A DNA stretch of 57,651 bases, counting the filler, from Piptocephalis cylindrospora (lineage: Eukaryota): NCBI GenBank assembly GCA_003614145.1. It is 5 parts of 5 records of this genome, joined end to end, with 100 filler letters (N's around TTAATTAATTAA, not from the genome) between each part and the next. Parts side by side here need not be neighbours in the genome. Positions count along the whole stretch, not along the records: positions 46,306 to 57,651 come from KZ988003.1; 4 more parts are not named here. One strand, 5' to 3'. Both the position numbers and the translations under genes were made by a program. The notes below the pieces were generated by a model. It worked only from the letters and a program-made list of their open reading frames with translations. It was not told the DNA's origin and ran no database searches. This document shows positions 53,971 through 57,651 of the stretch, one piece after another. Each line of letters begins with the position of its first letter. Position 1 is the first letter of the stretch.

Positions 53971-55926
53971 CTACTTGGATTGCTTCTTAGCACGGAAATG
54001 GTGAAGTAGGACGTCGGACTTTAGATCTGCCCTCTTAGAGCTTACGGGTCTGCCGGCATCAAGGTCAAGTAGGACCATCTTGAGAGGAACGAGGTAACCT
54101 AGGAAGGTATCCTGAAGGGCTTCGGGATCGTGGGCGGGCTGAAGCTCATAGAGCCATTTGAGAGCGTGATCCACGAGCTCTGCTGCTTTATCGTTGATGG
54201 CCTTCTTCCAAACTGCCTTTAGCCTTTTGGGTCTCCGAAAAAATGAGGCCAGAGAGAAGGTACGAGGTTTAATCTGATCACGAGATTGTATGTAGGATGA
54301 GATAGGCTTGGCTAGGGCCCCATACTCGAATCCGTCTATGATCTCGATCATTTTATGAATAGGGATACTGGAGGAGGAACGAAACGTGGGCTGGTCAATA
54401 TCTTTGAGCATTGCAAAGTAGGTCTTGGCCATATCGTAAGCTTCCGGCACCGTCAAGACATTATGAACGATCATCTGAATATGGAGGGCAGCACCCATAA
54501 TTTGAACACGTCGAGTGACTTGCGGCAAAAGAGCAAGGAGAGACGATGATCCAGTAAGTGAGCTCAAAAAAGGCCCAAATACACGGAAAAATAGATACAG
54601 TCGATACTTGTATATCCAGGTAATTTGGAGGATAGGGAGAATTTTTTTGATATAGTCCACGTTGCTGTGCTCCCAATTTTTTCCCAAGGACCACTGACGA
54701 CCGTGATCGGCACTTATCCAGCCAGGAGCTGATTTTTCACTGGGAAGACTGCAGAATCTGGCATACTGCTGACGATCTGCCCATGGATTCTGCCCGATGG
54801 CAATTTCCTTACCGATCTCGTCACAGAGGCTTTTGAGCTTTTTCAATAGGATGGGTTTTCCTATTCGACTTGGTGCCTTATCCAGGGAAGCGAGACGATC
54901 CTTTGAATTTGACTCCCCTTCCAAAGTGAAGCGAGGGGTGAGATGGGCAAGTAGTCCGAAATGCTCGGGAATTGCATTTGCCAATATTTTGGACGATTTG
55001 GGGAATGATGAGGGAAAGCCAAGTGGCTTAGTATCCCGGACAGCTCGAGCACGTAGCTGGTCCATAATAATGCTTTCGGCCTGGGCATTGTCCCTTTCCC
55101 ATTCTTCTTCATTGAGGACGGAAGGGGAGTAGATGGTGTGATAGAAATGGCGAACGATGGTGTGGACAGCGCTGAGAATGTCGCTGGACAGATCAAAGTG
55201 AATGAGGTCCTGAGAAAAAACATTTTTAAGAACCATAGCGGCCAATCCAGTGCGAACAGCCATGGCGACATCCTTGCGTCGAATGACGACGGAGGCGGGG
55301 GAATTGCGGATCCTCTTGGCTAATGCAGCAGCATTTGTATACCCCGTATAGATTATCTCTGAGATAGAGTTTATCTTGATAGTGCTTTTTTGAGGGGCGG
55401 TATTTACGATAAACTGGCTGAAGTCGCTGATAATGTTGTGATAGGAGATGGGAGGATCAGGCTTAGTCATAATAGCGCAGTACTCGTGCAGCAGAGAGCC
55501 AGGCGCGCGTAAAAGAAAGTAATCTTCCGCACGGGCCGATTTTTGAGGAGTGGGGATACCAGGACAGTATTGAATGGCTAAGGTTCGAAAACGTTTTAGC
55601 ACCCTATCCAACACGACTTGGGTCAAGGATGTGGAATCAAATGCAGGGGGAGGCTCTGAGGAGGAAGCGGATACATATTCTAGGGGCAGTGTCAAGCCAA
55701 CAAGGAAGTAGAGGCCTTGATAGATCCAGTAGTACGAGAAGACCTCTTGAAGCCCTCGTTGATCATCATTCCATGTGCCCAGACGAGCAGTGATTTGGAG
55801 GGAGAAGCCAGGGATCCATTGTTCTATGGATCCGGGTTTAATCGCGTACCTTGGCAGATTAGAGGGTAGTTGGCTAAGTGATTGGCTAGCTTGGGGAAAA
55901 TGGAAGCCTGAGGCTGGGGCGGGCAT
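53971..55926 (-). CDS. Hypothetical protein (651 aa from ATG 55926), no recognised domain
   Basis: Long intronless ORF with complex, globular-looking composition. TATAAG near 56120 and a pyrimidine-rich leader lie upstream on the minus strand. Confidence 0.75.
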   Translation of the reverse strand: MPAPASGFHFPQASQSLSQLPSNLPRYAIKPGSIEQWIPGFSLQITARLGTWNDDQRGLQEVFSYYWIYQGLYFLVGLTLPLEYVSASSSEPPPAFDSTSLTQVVLDRVLKRFRTLAIQYCPGIPTPQKSARAEDYFLLRAPGSLLHEYCAIMTKPDPPISYHNIISDFSQFIVNTAPQKSTIKINSISEIIYTGYTNAAALAKRIRNSPASVVIRRKDVAMAVRTGLAAMVLKNVFSQDLIHFDLSSDILSAVHTIVRHFYHTIYSPSVLNEEEWERDNAQAESIIMDQLRARAVRDTKPLGFPSSFPKSSKILANAIPEHFGLLAHLTPRFTLEGESNSKDRLASLDKAPSRIGKPILLKKLKSLCDEIGKEIAIGQNPWADRQQYARFCSLPSEKSAPGWISADHGRQWSLGKNWEHSNVDYIKKILPILQITWIYKYRLYLFFRVFGPFLSSLTGSSSLLALLPQVTRRVQIMGAALHIQMIVHNVLTVPEAYDMAKTYFAMLKDIDQPTFRSSSSIPIHKMIEIIDGFEYGALAKPISSYIQSRDQIKPRTFSLASFFRRPKRLKAVWKKAINDKAAELVDHALKWLYELQPAHDPEALQDTFLGYLVPLKMVLLDLDAGRPVSSKRADLKSDVLLHHFRAKKQSK

Positions 55927-56732
55927 GACCAAACAAAAAAAAACAGATGAGTCGGGAAGGGATCGTGAGCGTAAGGGAGGTGAGGAAGGAGACCGTGAAA
56001 TAGTGAAGGAGTGAAGGAATAAAGGCCCCACCGGCTTAGGCAAGTTAGATACGGGAGGGGGAAAGGAAAGAAGGATACGAAAAGATAAAATTACGATGAA
56101 AGGAAGGTAGAGCTGGCTTATATTTGGTTAGGTGGAATGAGGTAAGACCTGGCTATGCCATCCTTACATGTGCCAATGCGCCTTCATTGATGGCCAGAGC
56201 TGTGGCTCTGGTTGTTTAAACTCCGACTTTTGTCAGAGATTATGGTATTGCCCGAGATTCAACAACAGGCATCTTCGTCTAAGGAAAGGGAGGCGTGAAA
56301 CATGCATTTATGGGCTAACTAACGATTGAAGCAAGGTCATGTTTTGAGAAGTACGACTGACGCCAGTTCATTGGGATACCGTGTAGAAGAATGTAATGGC
56401 TTAAAATATCGTGGTGCTGTTGCTGGTCTAGAGGCAAAGTAGAAGGGGTGTATCTATTCCGCCGACTAGTCCTATTTTATTGAATATTTGATGTTTATAA
56501 AGGGCAAGAGTGCACTGGGAGAAGTCGCGCATCATGATGTAGCCTCCTCTCGTAATATCCCCAGCTTCGCCCTGATCATTTTGCCAAGGTTATCATACAA
56601 CGACAGGGCTCATTGGCCACTTTCTTCCGCCTTATCCACCATCAGAACAACAACGTGCTCACATGGATCGGTTAATCCTCACATGCACACTGCTTACAAG
56701 CTGATAGTGGCGTACTTGGAGGTAATTTCGAC

Positions 56733-57607
56733 TCATATGCCTCCATCCAAAAGAAGATGGGTAGCCCGTTCCACATCTCCTTGAGATTGATCCAAGGCAC
56801 GACGTACCGCATGAAGATCAAAGCCCATTTCCACCAAACTTTCCTCCGCTTTAGAGATGGCCTTGGGGGTGGAGGAGGCCGAGAGCGAAGAGGATGAAGA
56901 AGATGTCGATACGGATGCGGCCTTTTGGGTAGATCGGGCGGTGGGGGGAAGATCCATGGTGGTCATACATCTTTCCAAGGCGTCCAGCTCCCTTCGATAT
57001 TTATCTAGATCCTCCACCCCCTCAGTCAACTCAGTGGAGGCATGCGCATCCTCAGGAGAGACAGTCTCATCCGGGAGGATAAAAGGTTCCTGAGAGGAGT
57101 ATTTACTGGAGGCTGGACGATCAGGTTGTAGGATGGGGCCGTCAGATCCTGTGAAGCCTGGTGCTTTTCTCACCCTCTCGAGTCTTCGACGTTCCCTGAT
57201 GGCTTCCTGGGCCAATCGTCGACCTTCCTTGGCGTTTGCGTACTCTTCCTCGGCTCGAATGGCCTCGTCTTCCTGGGTTAGATCATCAATATCCATGACT
57301 GGAGGCACCAATGGAATAGGGGAAGCTTCGTGCATGAAGCGGTAAGGAAGGCCTAAAGTGGTGAGATTGGTCTGGGAGAGGGGTAGATTGAGTCGGATAC
57401 TAGATCCAGAGCCATGAGAACCCACTCGCCGGATACTTACAGGCTCCGGCTCACGCACTCGGACTGGAAGGACTAATGGGATGTCCGAGGCCAGCAAGTA
57501 ACCACCCTGGACTACCGAAAGGAGTTGAGGGGAGAAGGGAAGGGGAGTGAGGCGGGAGAAGACCAACAGAAAAGGATTCTCTATAAAGACTTACGTTTTG
57601 AGGACAT
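56733..57607 (-). CDS. UBA-domain protein with a UMA-like N-terminus (UBAP1/ESCRT-I-like)
   Basis: Exon 57607-57595 (MSSK), intron GTAAGT..TAG, exon 57511-56733. C-terminal UBA SLVEMGFDLHAVRRALDQSQGDVERATHLLL. N-terminal DIPLVLPVRVREPEPVSI...YRFMHE resembles the UBAP1 UMA pattern. The UBA call is firm; UMA is tentative. Confidence 0.7.
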
Positions 57608-57651
57608 GCTGTTGCTGGGGATAAAGGATGGTGGGGGGATCACAGGAGGAT

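Overview
This window is not one continuous locus. It is five unrelated contigs of about 11.3-11.5 kb (1-11500, 11601-23090, 23191-34659, 34760-46205, 46306-57651) joined by artificial 100-nt N44-TTAATTAATTAA-N44 linkers, in decreasing size order. The DNA is a compact eukaryotic genome with short GT-AG introns (mostly about 55-120 nt) and a fungal gene set. An early-diverging fungus (for example Zoopagomycota) sequenced from amplified DNA is my inference and cannot be verified here. Recognisable genes: STT4/PI4KA (5' part), a two-RRM protein, VPS72/YL1, a TTP/TIS11 CCCH protein, methylmalonate-semialdehyde dehydrogenase, zuotin, an AlkB-family dioxygenase, a FAF2/Ubx-type UBX protein, MTC5/WDR59 (partial), DED1 (partial), two secreted proteins, CDC7, a TMX2-like protein, a carnitine acetyltransferase, MSS116 (partial, chimeric end), a solitary LINE ORF1-like gene, MCM2, a 651-aa orphan and a UBAP1-like protein. 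The best novelty candidates are: (1) a roughly 2,270-aa protein joining an apparently catalytically dead calcineurin-like phosphoesterase to five RRMs, interrupted by frameshifts at poly-C runs; (2) E2F-type and MCB/SCB-type sites together upstream of both CDC7 and MCM2; (3) an intact solo retrotransposon ORF1 followed by a 200-bp inverted-repeat element; (4) a secreted beta-trefoil-like effector candidate; (5) a start codon apparently split by an intron in STT4. No tRNA, rRNA or CRISPR array was seen. All family calls come from motif recognition by eye, not database searches.
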